Assembly (NCBI GenBank): GCA_951406725.2
Contig: OX597814.1
Coordinates: forward strand, 25,358,001-25,422,000
Origin: Octopus vulgaris
Lineage: Eukaryota
Length of the DNA stretch: 64,000 nt
Reading direction: 5' to 3'
Part shown: positions 1 through 11,314 of the stretch, in pieces
Layout of the letters: the number at the start of each line of letters is the position of its first letter
Position numbering within the stretch: position 1 is the first letter of the stretch
Made by a program: the position numbers and the translations under genes
Notes under the pieces: model-generated
The model's input: only the letters and a program-made list of their open reading frames with translations
Database searches by the model: none
Told to the model about the DNA's origin: nothing

Positions 1-600
1 TCAGCGTTGAGCAATAATAAAAGAGGTGAGTTGAATGTGCCTAGAAACATCCTCTTCGGTCTTGAACTCATGCCATGAGATGTTTTGAGCATTCATCAGA
101 AATCTGGTGTATATATTATCAAAGAAAACTTGAAGCTCATTCTTCATACTTTGGGTTTCGGTTCCAAGGAAAAGAATGATATCTACACATGATCTGAAGA
201 AGGTCAGCCTTCTTGACTTTCAAATAGTTGATTGCCAGATGTTTTGAAGGTTGTTACAGTCACTTTAGGCTTGTCCCTCGCATGTCAAGAAGTCTTTTTT
301 ACTGTCAGTAACATAGAATCTAAGGCATGTGAAGTCACTGACTTCCTTGAAATTTGTGACATCATTGGAACACAATGGCATGTTTCTTTCATCATCATCC
401 TCATGGTATTGTGTTGAGTTTTTCTTCATATTTAGAAACAGAGAGACTTTAGATGTAGCATCATCAACTGATGTAAAAAGATGTGAAAATTTCATAGCTG
501 ATGAACAATGAAGACATCAGCAGCAGAGTCAAACAACACTAAAGAGGATGTTCTGTATCTCGTACGATTAAAGAGTCCTCTTTAATCTATGGTGAGTTCA
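1..600 (-). mobile_element. Degenerate RTE-clade LINE, RT C-terminal/thumb fragment
   Basis: Minus translation KVSLFLNMKK...FKEVSDFTCLRFYVTDSKKDFLTCEGQA*SDCNNLQNIWQS...RLTFFRSCVDIILFLGTETQSMKNELQ...YTRFLMNAQNISWHEFKT follows the RTE pattern (LNxKKT, DFxYLGS, ILLYGxETW); contains stops. Confidence 0.75.
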
Positions 601-1254
601 TTCACTTAAGATTAAATATCGAAGAATGTGAGTGAAAGAGGAAGTGATAGCTGTTGAAGCAGGATGAAAAGGGGACAAAGTCTGAAAGAATACGATAGAA
701 GAAACAATGTGTTTACAGGAAGTTAGCAGAGAGAGAGAAAGAAGGAGGGAGAGGGAGGGAGAGAGAAAGAGAATGCGAGGCTAGGAAGATGTGAGCAATG
801 GTAAGAGAGAATGACAAAGGCAAGTGCAAGTCGCTCGTGGAAGAGAGAGTAGAGACTAGCAATCATAATTGTGTGTGTATTTGTGTGTATGTGTGTGTGC
901 GCGTGCACGTGTACACACGTGCTCGCATGTATGTGTATATATGTATATTTATGTTAATATACACACATAAACTCTCAGTCTGACAAAAATAACGTAGGAT
1001 ATGAAGGATTTAACGAGTCATCTAAGACAGTGATTATAGTCTAGAGAGTTGTGATGGATCAAGCAAACTTGGAATTCCTTGTTAGCATTAATACAGTTTG
1101 TCCTCACGGCCAAGGAATAATGCTGTTGGTATGTGCCAAAAATTGCTGTAACCTCCAGTAAAGAGCTGATCAATGGTTGCTTTGTAGTGAAAGTCAAGTA
1201 TAAAATGATAATCATATAATTAAGAATAATAACTCTCACTCTCTCTACTATAAG

Positions 1255-1421
1255 CACCAGGCTTGAATTTTTTGTGGTGGGGGAAGTCTATTACAAAGAG
1301 CCCGGTACTTTCAGGGTACTTATTCTATCGACTCCTAAAGGATGAAGGGCAAAGGATAGCTCGGCAGCCTTTGAACTTCAAACGTGAAGCTAGAAGAAAT
1401 GCCGCTAAGCATTTTGCCCAC
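1255..1421 (-). mobile_element. tRNA-derived SINE family B, degenerate
   Basis: aaggatgaagggcaaa...tttgaacttcaaacg...ccgctaagcattttgccc matches the better copies at 39057 and 56777. Confidence 0.6.
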
Positions 1422-2006
1422 TCATCATGTTTTGAATAAAAATACCTTCTTTTATAATAATAATAATTAATATATGTGTATATTTATTTCATACGTATGT
1501 ATGAAAGTAAGTCTGGTGAAATCTTTGGTAACCAGTAACCTGCTAAGTACGTAAGCTCGTACAACTTGCAGATGCCAGTGTCATTGAGGACAAAACCAGC
1601 AACCTTTATCTTGCTTGGGGAAAAGAATGGCTTTGAACATTCTGTGGGATAAAAATCAAAACTTTTCAAAAAGTAGATGAACTCAAGATAGTCAAAACCC
1701 ATCTAGTATTGTGTATAGAATCGTCAAAACCCATCTAGTATTGTGTATATAATCATTTGATTTATGTTTGGACATTTACAAGTGTAAGTAAACCTACATT
1801 AAAGAAGGACATTATCACTTGAAACTTGCAATTTATTTTCAATCAAAGGCTATCTTGCCTGCTTTTGTGTGCTGCCATTTCAATGGTTTTAAAGATTTAG
1901 AGAGTGGCACACATATCACTCGAATATGCACATAGGGACTACATATGTAATTTTAGCGTCAAACGTTGTCATAATCGATAGCGAGTTGACAACCACCATG
2001 TATGTA

Positions 2007-2564
2007 CAGTAATGATTCGATATACAAGTTAACTTGTTCCCGGAGACCGCTCGTAAATTTGAAAACTCGTAAAACAGAGCAATAACTTCCCAAAGTAGTA
2101 ACGTTACAAATCCTAATTCGTTCCCAGAAAAATATTTTACCTATAAAATCTATAATACTCGTAAATAAATGGCAACAGCACAAAAGTAGAATGTAAAGAA
2201 TATTTTATGTAAAGTAAAAAGAATGTCAAGATCATTTATAGCAAAAAAATATTATCATTATAATCATTTTCTCAATCGTTTTCACTCGCAGACTTGCGCA
2301 CGCCATCACTTGTAGATGCGATCACTGATTCACAAGCACTTGCAGACGGACTTGTAGATTTCTTTTTCAAAACAAGTCTAGAGTTGTTTGCTTACAAAGA
2401 AGCTTTTCTCGCTCCCTGTAAATTTCTCGGTAACACGCAGAAGCATTTGATATGGTAGTAGAAACTTTTTCACTTCATTTAAAATTTGGATCCTGTGCTT
2501 GAAAAATAAAACTTGTATACCAAAGGTCTCGTAAAGAATGTCCTCGTAAAGTGAGGTATTATTG
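2007..2564. mobile_element. Tigger/pogo-type MITE (Tc1/mariner superfamily)
   Basis: Imperfect TIRs TA|CAGTAATGATTCGATATACAAG and CTCGTAAAGTGAGGTATTATTG|TA, TA on both flanks, several internal CTCGTAAA subterminal motifs. Confidence 0.55.
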
Positions 2565-3104
2565 TACGTATATGCGCTAAAATTACAGATGCAGTATGAG
2601 CCCATAGGTGCTTGACTCCTTGATAATAAAGTTATCAGATGCAGTGTTCCTTGGGCATTTTAGATCTGGTGGAGACTTCCTCTCTGACTCGGCCCACAGT
2701 CGATTGCTTTCAGACGGAGAAAATGAGTCAAACAGAAAAACAGGATTTGAAGAAAAGAGAAAAAACTACCTCGGTACAAAAATAGCGCTTTATTTGTCAG
2801 ACCTGACAAAATATGAGACAAAGCGGACTGTGATGGGATTTGAACTCAGAGCGCAGAGAGCTGAAATAATTACTGTGAAGCAATCAATATAACACTCTAT
2901 CTGTGCATTGGTCACCTTATAATGCACGCTTGTGCGCGTGTGTGTATCCGGTACGACGATGGCTTAATTCGCTGAAATTTTGAAGTCACTGTCAACAACA
3001 TCCTTGTTTATGAATGATAAATTTTTACACTACAACAGTATTGAGTACCCATAAGATTGATATAAAATTGGTTTTATTATAACTGAACATAAAAATAAAT
3101 ATTC

Positions 3105-3181
<77 letters not shown>

Positions 3182-3205
3182 TGTATGTATGTATATATAG
3201 ATAGA

Positions 3206-3509
3206 TAAGAAAATGGAGATATTTAATGGATATAAATTAATTTATTAACATTTGTAATAAAGCCTACAATTGTTTCAGTTCACATTCAATACAAATTATA
3301 AACCTTTAGAATAAAATAAGTTTGCATTTTGAATATTTAAAGTAAAATATCTTCAGGGCAATGGATATTTTACTCTAAATATGCAAAATGCAAACTTATT
3401 TTAGTCTATAGGTTTGTAATTTATATTGAGTGGGAACTGAAACAAGTGTAGGCTTTATTATAAATGTTAATAAATTAATTTATATCCATTAAATATCTCC
3501 ATTTTCTTA
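3206..3509. repeat. Long imperfect palindrome (about 146-bp arms, 12-nt loop)
   Basis: 3206-3351 is the reverse complement of 3364-3509 with scattered mismatches; termini TAAGAAAATGGAGA / TCTCCATTTTCTTA. Confidence 0.9.
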
Positions 3510-3642
3510 CTTAATAATACTTGATATTTATAGTACACCAATTTTTATATTGAAGAGATATTTCTCAACAATATAATATATTAAAATAGTGTAACTTGGA
3601 TAAAACTAGCCCTATAAGAGGTTTATATATTCACGTAGTGAC

Positions 3643-3689
<47 letters not shown>

Positions 3690-4029
3690 ACAAAATCATA
3701 TAAGACAGTGCAACTATATACGTATGTATATAGTTTCTATATGTATGTGTGTACGAATGTATATGTGTGTGTGCATGTATGTGTGCGCGTGTGCATGTAT
3801 GTATGAAATAACATAAATTCGGTGGTAATCCAGTATCTTAATATCTATTTGGGGATTCTGTTTCCAATGGAATATGACTGTCTCGGCTAGTCACAAAGAT
3901 TGCCATACTTTAATCAGATATATATTTCAAGCAAGTTCTGAAATATTCCTTATCGTGGATATGCACCTACATTCTAGGCTTGTATTTTCTGTATTAGCGA
4001 AATATTTTTTACTTAAGTTAATCTTTCTA

Positions 4030-4360
4030 GGTGATAGATTTGTAGATTTCTTTTTCATTGGCATCATACCTGTGAGTGAGATATTATCTCTTATGGGCAT
4101 CAGACACTGAGGGTGGTGATGATGATGTAACTGATACCATCTTCACTGTTGTGACCCAAATTATATCTTCTAACACAACCTTGTGTCTTGCATATTGATC
4201 TTATTATTTTTGCTTTCACGCATTCTCAAAGAACCTATTTCCTATTTCTTATTGAGAAATCATATACTTCTAAGAGATCTATCTCAGCTTGAGGATTAAC
4301 TATTTTGCAGCTCTCTGGCTTATTCAATAAACAAATATGTACTACGTAGAATGTAAAGTC
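4030..4360 (-). mobile_element. Possible highly decayed R4/Dong-type non-LTR fragment (region around the zinc knuckle)
   Basis: Fragmented minus translations (Q*EIGNRF; LRMRESKNNKINMQDTRLC; YLTHRYDANEKEIYK) resemble the QEQEI..CRLC..YLxxRHD region; lies next to (AAT)n. Confidence 0.3.
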
Positions 4361-4386
4361 TCAAAAGTAATACTACAAAACATTTT

Positions 4387-4401
4387 AATAATAATAATAT
4401 A

Positions 4402-4459
<58 letters not shown>

Positions 4460-4489
4460 TAAATAATAATAATAATAATAATGATAATA
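4387..4489. repeat. (AAT)n microsatellite
   Basis: Direct reading. Confidence 0.95.
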
Positions 4490-5031
4490 AATGCCCTGAT
4501 GCTGTTCCAGACAGTGGCTCTCGTGGCTTCTGATCTTAACTGATTGGAAGTGTTATCATGTATATTGTTTTGTCTTGGTATAAAAGATGGGCTACAGCAA
4601 ATGTTCTGCTCAATACCACAGATTTGCTTGTCAGTTGTTTGACCTTAACCAGTTGAGCATGTCTCTTAGTGGGTGACGATATGTGCATCTCTAATCACGA
4701 GCAGTAGTGGGGGAGCATCATAGCCATATGTTGAGAGGGATACTTTGGGGTTTGAATGATTCACCTCTTGAAACATGGGTGTTTCATTCAAAATCCTTAA
4801 ACAACCCTATTCAGGGACCTTTTGAACGGGATGGGTTACTCAACCAGAAGAAGATTCTAACTGGGCCCCATCTGCAAAGTCATGTGCTGTTTATCTTGAT
4901 ATGAGATCACTGTGTCGCACACATATGGTTGTGATGCATGTGCTTATCAGACGGGTAGTTATGATGGGTATACTGGGCTTCGTATACTTTACCCCAGTGT
5001 CACTTCGATGGCATGCACTGCTCTCTCACTC
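4490..5031. mobile_element. About 540-bp non-coding interspersed repeat inserted in (AAT)n, possibly a non-autonomous Dong/R4 derivative
   Basis: Complex sequence, GC-richer than the background, bounded on both sides by (AAT)n; I recognise it as a recurrent octopus repeat; family assignment is inferred. Confidence 0.45.
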
Positions 5032-5065
<34 letters not shown>

Positions 5066-5066
<1 letters not shown>

Positions 5067-5391
5067 TGGTTTCAAATTTTGCCACAAGGGCAGCAATTTT
5101 TGGAGGGAGGGGATGCGTCGATTACATCGACCTCAGTGTTCAACTGGTACTTTTTTTATCGACCCTGAAAGGATGACCGGTAATGTCAACCTCGAATAAT
5201 ACTAATAATCCTTTCTACTATAGACACAAAGTATGGAATTTGTGGGGAGGGTACTAACCAATTACATCGACCTCAAAAGGATGAAAGGCAAAGTTGACCT
5301 CGGCGGAATTTGAACTCAGAACGTAGCGGTAGGAGAAATACCGTTAAGCATTTTGTCCGACACATTAACGATTCTGCCAGCTCACTGCCTT
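5066..5391 (-). mobile_element. Two tandem partial SINE family B copies
   Basis: gattacatcgacctc...gaaaggatga (5066-5195), then a second copy with tRNA head (B box GAGTTCAAATTC on minus) ending at 5391. Confidence 0.8.
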
Positions 5392-5392
5392 C

Positions 5393-5393
<1 letters not shown>

Positions 5394-5463
<70 letters not shown>

Positions 5464-5498
5464 GTAACAACAACAACAACAACAACAATAACAATAAC
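5394..5498. repeat. (AAT)n/(AAC)n microsatellite
   Basis: Direct reading. Confidence 0.95.
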
Positions 5499-5499
5499 A

Positions 5500-5900
5500 T
5501 ATAGGATAAGCCACTATTTACAGACAAAAAAGCTGCTATATAATCAACCATATATCTCACTCCTACTGAAGGTGACTAAAGAATGGATCTGCATTGGCGT
5601 AGCTTTACTCACAAACCAATCCATTGTTAAGACAGAGGGCGAGAATATCAGGCAGTACAGAGAATTAGGATTGAAAGTGGAAAGTATCCATAGAGTCTCA
5701 AAAGTGAATGTGGTACCTTTTGTGATCGATGCACCTGGAACCATCTGAAAAAAAAGAATAATATTCTGGTATCAAAAGTTGCAGATACCAAACATCTTAG
5801 GGAGTACTCAGATGGCAGCAACACTTGGAGCAACTCCTGTGTTTGGGAAAGTGTCGCGTCTCTAAGCTGTGGGATAAAACTGAGATGTGACATAGACATT
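5500..5900 (+). mobile_element. R4/Dong-clade non-LTR 3' fragment (restriction-like endonuclease domain)
   Basis: YNQPYISLLLKVTKEWICIGVALLTNQSIVKTEGENIRQYRELGLKVESIHRVSKVNVVPFVIDAPGTI matches the HNxPDI...IDIAVP...EKxxKY...VIPxVIGALGTI RLE signature; starts immediately after (AAT)n. Confidence 0.7.
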
Positions 5901-6429
5901 GATAAATCAGTTAAGTGAATACAAATAATAATCCTTTCTACTAAATTTATGTATACGTTTAGGAATTTGTTTTGCAAGATACCTGATGTGAGATCGGTGA
6001 GTTGAAACAGATGTTATATTTCGGGAAGATCATTTTTTTCTTGCCAAATAAACACATGCACACTATATTCGTTATACACTCTTTTATTAGTGTTCTTATT
6101 TTATCTTATGTCCGTTGTCTGGAAAGCTTTCGTTACACACCTGTGACCTTTTCAGCGACTCTTTCATTCTACGTGTCTCCTCCTGTTCTGTTTAGACCAT
6201 TGGACTATATACAAAACAAACGATTTCAAATCATTGTTAGAGTATCCGCATAAGTGAAGTCTTAAGCGGTTAGTTTGTACTGGTATCAAGTCGTATAAGT
6301 CCAACCAAATAGTTTGGTGGTTTGGTTTGATGATTGACTTAGCTATTTGGAATATATACATATGTGTGTGTATATAAATTTGTGTGTGCGCGTGTGTGTA
6401 TGTATGCATTTGTATCATTTGTATCTATC

Positions 6430-6460
<31 letters not shown>

Positions 6461-6475
6461 TTTTCTCTGTGTATC

Positions 6476-6542
6476 TTTCTGTTGAAGAGCGTAGGCTCGA
6501 AACGTTAAAGACTTGTTTTATTTATATTTCCTGAGCGCCATA
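6476..6542 (+). ncRNA. Hammerhead-ribozyme-like motif (type I, variant core) in a Penelope-type pLTR remnant
   Basis: CTGTTGA-A-GAGC(GTAG)GCTC-GAAA-CGTT...AGCG-CC; A6 and the cleavage triplet are mutated, so probably inactive. Confidence 0.55.
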
Positions 6543-6607
6543 CTAATACAATTGTTTGTTTGTTTTCCACCTGCCTTCGTCTTTTGTCTATTTTCCTAAA
6601 GCTCCCC

Positions 6608-6664
<57 letters not shown>

Positions 6665-6837
6665 TACAAATTGAGATAGAGGTTGTAAATGCAACCCACC
6701 ATGGGATACCATATATCTAATATACTGCTAGTGAGGTACCCAACAAAGTTAATATATAAATGTTAAGAATTGCGATACAATTAATTCATTTATTGTATTA
6801 TATGGGCAAAGGTAAAATGTTTTACCACAAATTCATA

Positions 6838-6961
6838 ATACAAAATAAGAAAATGGAGAAATACATCGAAATCAAATATCAATTACCAGATAATACTCAA
6901 TCACCAGATCTGGTAATTGATATTTGATTTCGATGTATTTCTCCATTTTCTTATTTTGTAT
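6838..6961. repeat. Perfect inverted repeat (54-bp arms, 16-nt loop)
   Basis: ATACAAAATAAGAAAATGGAGA...TTACCAGAT (6838-6891) versus ATCTGGTAA...TCTCCATTTTCTTATTTTGTAT (6908-6961). Confidence 0.95.
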
Positions 6962-7449
6962 ATATATATATATATATATATATATACTTAGACTTCCTCT
7001 ATCCATTTTTGAAACATTGTTGAGTGTGTAGAGATATGTATATTTCGACTGTATATGAAAAAATGTCACACACACACAGACGCGAGGGCACACACACACA
7101 AATATTCTTAATTTAATATTCTTAATATCCTTGCTTTGCTAGTATGTATGTGCATACCAAGAATTCACAAGAGTAAACAAGACAGAGACAGTCACAAACA
7201 AGGAAAATACCACTTGTATTTGAACACTTTACAAATATTCTTTTAAAAAACTTTTCTTTTAATTTTTGCAAAATTTAATTGTTTTCCATATTTACAGTTG
7301 AAAAAATCTCAATGACTGAAATGTTTTTTATAAAATTATTTTAGCATTTTCTAATTTGACTTTTCTCCATATATATATGTGTGTGTGTGTGTGTTAGCCT
7401 TTGTATATGTTTGTGTATATATGTATGTAAGTATACCTTATGTGTATTA

Positions 7450-7720
7450 GCAGGTTCATAGGAGTTGGCATATCTGTTGGTGCAGCTTCATCATACAAGG
7501 AGGTCTCATTATCCTGTATCGGGGTTGATGTCAAACCTCTTCAATGAGGCTTTGAGTGTGTCCTTGACGCGCCTCTTCTGTCTGCATTGCATGTCGGTTG
7601 CCTTCTGCCAGTTTGCTGTAAAACAGTCTCTTGGGGAGTTACATGTCAGGCAATCGAACAAGGTAGTCAACCCACCTGACTTGCGCGCCTCTTCAGCTGT
7701 TTGTAAATGCTTGGCATATC
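7450..7720 (-). mobile_element. RTE/BovB-like LINE, inverted segment
   Basis: DMPSIYKQLKR..QVRWVDYLVRLPDM*LPKRLFYSKL...RQKRRVKDTLKASLKRFDINPDT matches RTE QLRWAGHVxRM..LPKxxFYGEL..GGQKKRFKDTLKASLK. Confidence 0.8.
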
Positions 7721-7925
7721 AGCAGGGGCACATAGAAAACGTGAAGTATACAAGCCCAGAGACAACTCCTTGGCTTCAGTTCCAACAAAACATCAGTGTC
7801 TGACCTGGGGAACAGCCTTTACAGCACGCATCGGACTAATTGGCCACAGCCGGACAAACCGTGCCTCGACTTGTTCTTCCACGTGATGTCCTTGGTCATC
7901 GTCGACAATGATGGACGAACTAAAT
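7721..7925 (+). mobile_element. RTE/BovB-like LINE 3' end (C-terminal C2H2-like motif and short UTR)
   Basis: HRKREVYKPRDNSLASVPTKHQCLTWGTAFTARIGLIGHSRT then ggtcatcgtcgacaatgatggacgaac, typical of an RTE terminus. Confidence 0.75.
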
Positions 7926-8067
7926 GACTAACATATAGATGTGTGAACGTATCTATTTGCGTGCATAGATATGTATGAAAATGTATGCACACATTTGTTC
8001 TATACACACACACACGCATTTGTACATTTACTTTTCTGTATATTTAGTTTTTTTATTCTTTCTCCTC

Positions 8068-8068
<1 letters not shown>

Positions 8069-8162
<94 letters not shown>
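8069..8162. repeat. (TC)n microsatellite
   Basis: Direct reading. Confidence 0.97.
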
Positions 8163-8164
<2 letters not shown>

Positions 8165-9859
8165 AACGTATTGAAAACAATAACTGTTTTCTGATTAACA
8201 AAATACATTTCTGATGATTCGCAATGAAGGGACTCTTAAATTAATTCAATTTAGATTAATTATTTATGCATTAAAATTCTGTAATCCTACATTTAATTAT
8301 GTGTATCTCAATGAAACAGCTGTTGAGCACAATCATTACATGAATTATATGTGAAATTTATGCTTTTCTGCTATATATATATGTGTGTATGTATTTGTGT
8401 ACTTGCTTGTGTTTGTGCGTGTATGTACACACAATTGTATGTATATATATAATACACAAAATATAAATATGCACTGTCGATATTGGAAAACTCTGGAATC
8501 AGAGATCAAGAAGACTAAACTCCAAAGAGAACTTAGTGTGATATTATATACGTGACTGTAGAGATAATACTCAAATTTTACAGATTTCTTGTCTTAGCAA
8601 AGCATGTCTTCTATCCTTAACACAAATAGATCTTCAATTTTTCTTCTAATTATGATTTTTATTGCAGTAAATTTCTTTGTGCCACACAGTTTCACTTTAG
8701 ACTGCACTCAAAACAGTTAAAATTCCCTACGTTTGAAGAATGAAACTGATTCTCCGTGAACGCTATGCGAAGAATCAGTGAAAAGAAAGTCGTTATATTT
8801 TTAGATAAAAACAAACAAAAAATGCATAAAAATGTTGATTCGGTCTTCCCAATCATGTGATGCTTAAATATATGTACACTGGCATATATTGAAATTTTTA
8901 AAAATTTAATGTGTCAAAATATATAAACATATATCCAATGAAATAAATCAAATACTGGACCATGCACTCGCACATATCCACACATATATGAATGAATGTG
9001 TGTATATTACATACACACACACATACACACACACACACATATATATATATATATTCTTTAAGTTCATCCCAGCAATACGGACTATGATCTTAAGAAACAT
9101 GCGGTTTGCGGAAACACGCGTAGCGAAGCATTAAAATATTCATAAATTCGATCCAAGGATTATTATTATTATCATTACTACTACTACTACTATATAAATA
9201 TATATATTGTTTTACCTACGGATTCCTCCTAGCTATAATCATCGTATCTATTACTATTCATTAATTTGGCTACATTCAAAAATGTAAAGTTTTGAAGGTG
9301 TTACGAGTTATGGAATAAGATCATTTTACAGCAATTTTGTTAACTATATAATATCTGTGCTCTAGAGAAAAATCTTTCCTGAGTAAAGAAAGAATATTAA
9401 AGTTCTAGGTGTAGTCACGTCCATATCAAATAAATGAATAGATCTATTTTCCTTACTCTATACTCACAGTAACTATCCTACGATTTCTTTCATAAACCAC
9501 TATGAACAAATGTTTTGTTAAGATGGCTTGAGTGAACCTTAAATACCTTTCTCTTGGTTGAAAAATGAAATAATATCAGTGTGATATTTCTAACTAAATA
9601 TTTTGTCATTAGAATGTATGAAAATGCATTGATATAATAACAAATGCCATTAGGTTTTTATTTAGGGGGAAAATTACTCATTAATGAAATAAGTGTTAAA
9701 TCGACTAAACTGGTAGGAGGATGAAGCTCTGCTATACTGGAGAGAGGTGGGATTGTCAGTTCCTGATACAGCTGAAGGTAGAAGCAAGCAGAGAGTATAA
9801 AACAATTTGTGCTCAGGTACTAAGTTCAACTCTCTCTTTGATCAATTTTATCAATTTTC

Positions 9860-10575
9860 AAGGTGTCGCCTACTTTCTGCAAATGCTCAACTCTTATGGA
9901 GACTGGACTGATGCCCTACCCGTGGCCAACATTGGTGGGCTACTTAGTCTGGATGAGCTCACCATCTCCATTGCATTCAGAGTGGGAGCTGACGTACGTG
10001 GGAGGGGGGCTGGGATGTATGTCGTTATGGTAGGTCACTCGTCTCCACAGATTTTCATGGTTTGCCTTGCTGCCTAAATGCTGATCGTTTCGCTCGTTAC
10101 ACCAAGCTAAGACTAGTCATTAAGCAGGCCCTGACTCGCGTTAATATCCCCCTCTCTAGAACTGGCAGGATTATCCAGAAGTGATGAGAAGAAACTAGTT
10201 GGTCTTATTCTTTGTCTCTGAGTAACGGTAATTGCCTCATCTAGGATGCCACAGTCAGTGACTCTTTTGCTCCACCCTACATCCTGGATGCTGCGGTAAA
10301 TGGGAGGATCTCTGCTTCCATAACAGAACGGAACAACATCCTTAAGTATCAGGATTTGTCAGTGAACAATTTCTTTCAGCATGTGTCATTTGAGACGTTG
10401 GGGGGGGGGGGGGCTGCGTCGCTAACAGCTAAGTTCTTATCATCGTTGGTGGCTCACCTTGCCGAGGTGTTAGTTGATGTTTGTGAGAATGCCTAGCTAT
10501 TCCATCGCCTTAGCCTCACCATCACTCGCGATAATGCCCCGAGCGTGTTGGCTTGCGTCAGTAGGTTCCGTTGAA
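9860..10575 (+). mobile_element. CRE-clade-like non-LTR 3' fragment (zinc knuckle remnant and restriction-like endonuclease)
   Basis: GDWTDALPVANIGGLLSLDELTISIAFRVGA...VIKQALTRVNIP...DATVSDSFAPPY...ILKYQDL...FQHVSFETLG...LFHRLSLTITRDNAPSVLA fits CRE RLE motifs (WDAT, KY, FETLG, QRLSxxIxRGNA); frameshifts and stops. Confidence 0.75.
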
Positions 10576-11252
10576 CTTTGTAGTGTGTGACCAATTGAAG
10601 CACTTAGTGTTGAATTGATATTCTTTCATTTCCTTTCTTTCTTCGCTCATGTTTGTGGTTTCTGGTTTGGGATTTGTATTTTAATGTGATTTTGTATGAT
10701 ATATGTATCATATGTATACGTGTTATATATGTAATTATTAAATATATATTAATATAAAATAAATTTGCTACAGATAGATATGCATCCAACGCTGTTGGAA
10801 GACTAAACACCTTTGAAAACGAAACCAGACCTTAAACTTATCTGTAGACCTGTATAAAGGTATCTGTTTGTGGCCAATAAGCCACCGTCTCTGAATAAAC
10901 GCCTTCCTATAATTAAATAGTAACATTAGACTGATAAGGTCTATGATCTCGGCCGAATGGTTCATCTCCATACTCATGGCAAATAACGTGCAATCAAACA
11001 TTTTTATGCAGATAAAATAATCAGATTTTATCAGTTTTATGAGCATGGATAATCGCATCGACCTCAAAATTTTTATAACTCAGTTATAGTGTCAGCAAAA
11101 TTGATATTACTAAATAATAACAGTGAAGAGACATGATATTTGTTTATAGAAATTTGAGAATTTGACAAAGCTCTGATGAAGGATACTTTTGAACTGGTCT
11201 ATCTTTGCACAGGAATTCCTTCATAATGCCAAAGGGGTACTACTCTTATCTT

Positions 11253-11314
11253 AAGTAATATTCTGGCTAATTTGAAGTAATATTCTGGCTAATTAAGTAA
11301 TATTCTGGCTAATT
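11253..11314. repeat. Tandem triplication of 20-mer AAGTAATATTCTGGCTAATT
   Basis: Three identical copies separated by 0-2 nt. Confidence 0.9.

Noticed and set aside
1692-1754. Duplicated GTCAAAACCCATCTAGTATTGTGTATA.AATC as a possible TSD or regulatory repeat
   Set aside because: Adjacent tandem duplication with nothing inserted between the copies.
5273-5560. Poly-L, poly-N and poly-I ORFs
   Set aside because: Translations of the (AAT)n microsatellite.
11170-11200. CTGATGA...GAAC as a hammerhead (also CTGATGAAGGG near 32295)
   Set aside because: No convincing GAAA, stem III or cleavage triplet; not supportable as ribozymes.
11253-11314. CRISPR-like direct repeats
   Set aside because: Three 20-mers with no spacers, in a eukaryotic context with no cas genes; simple slippage.
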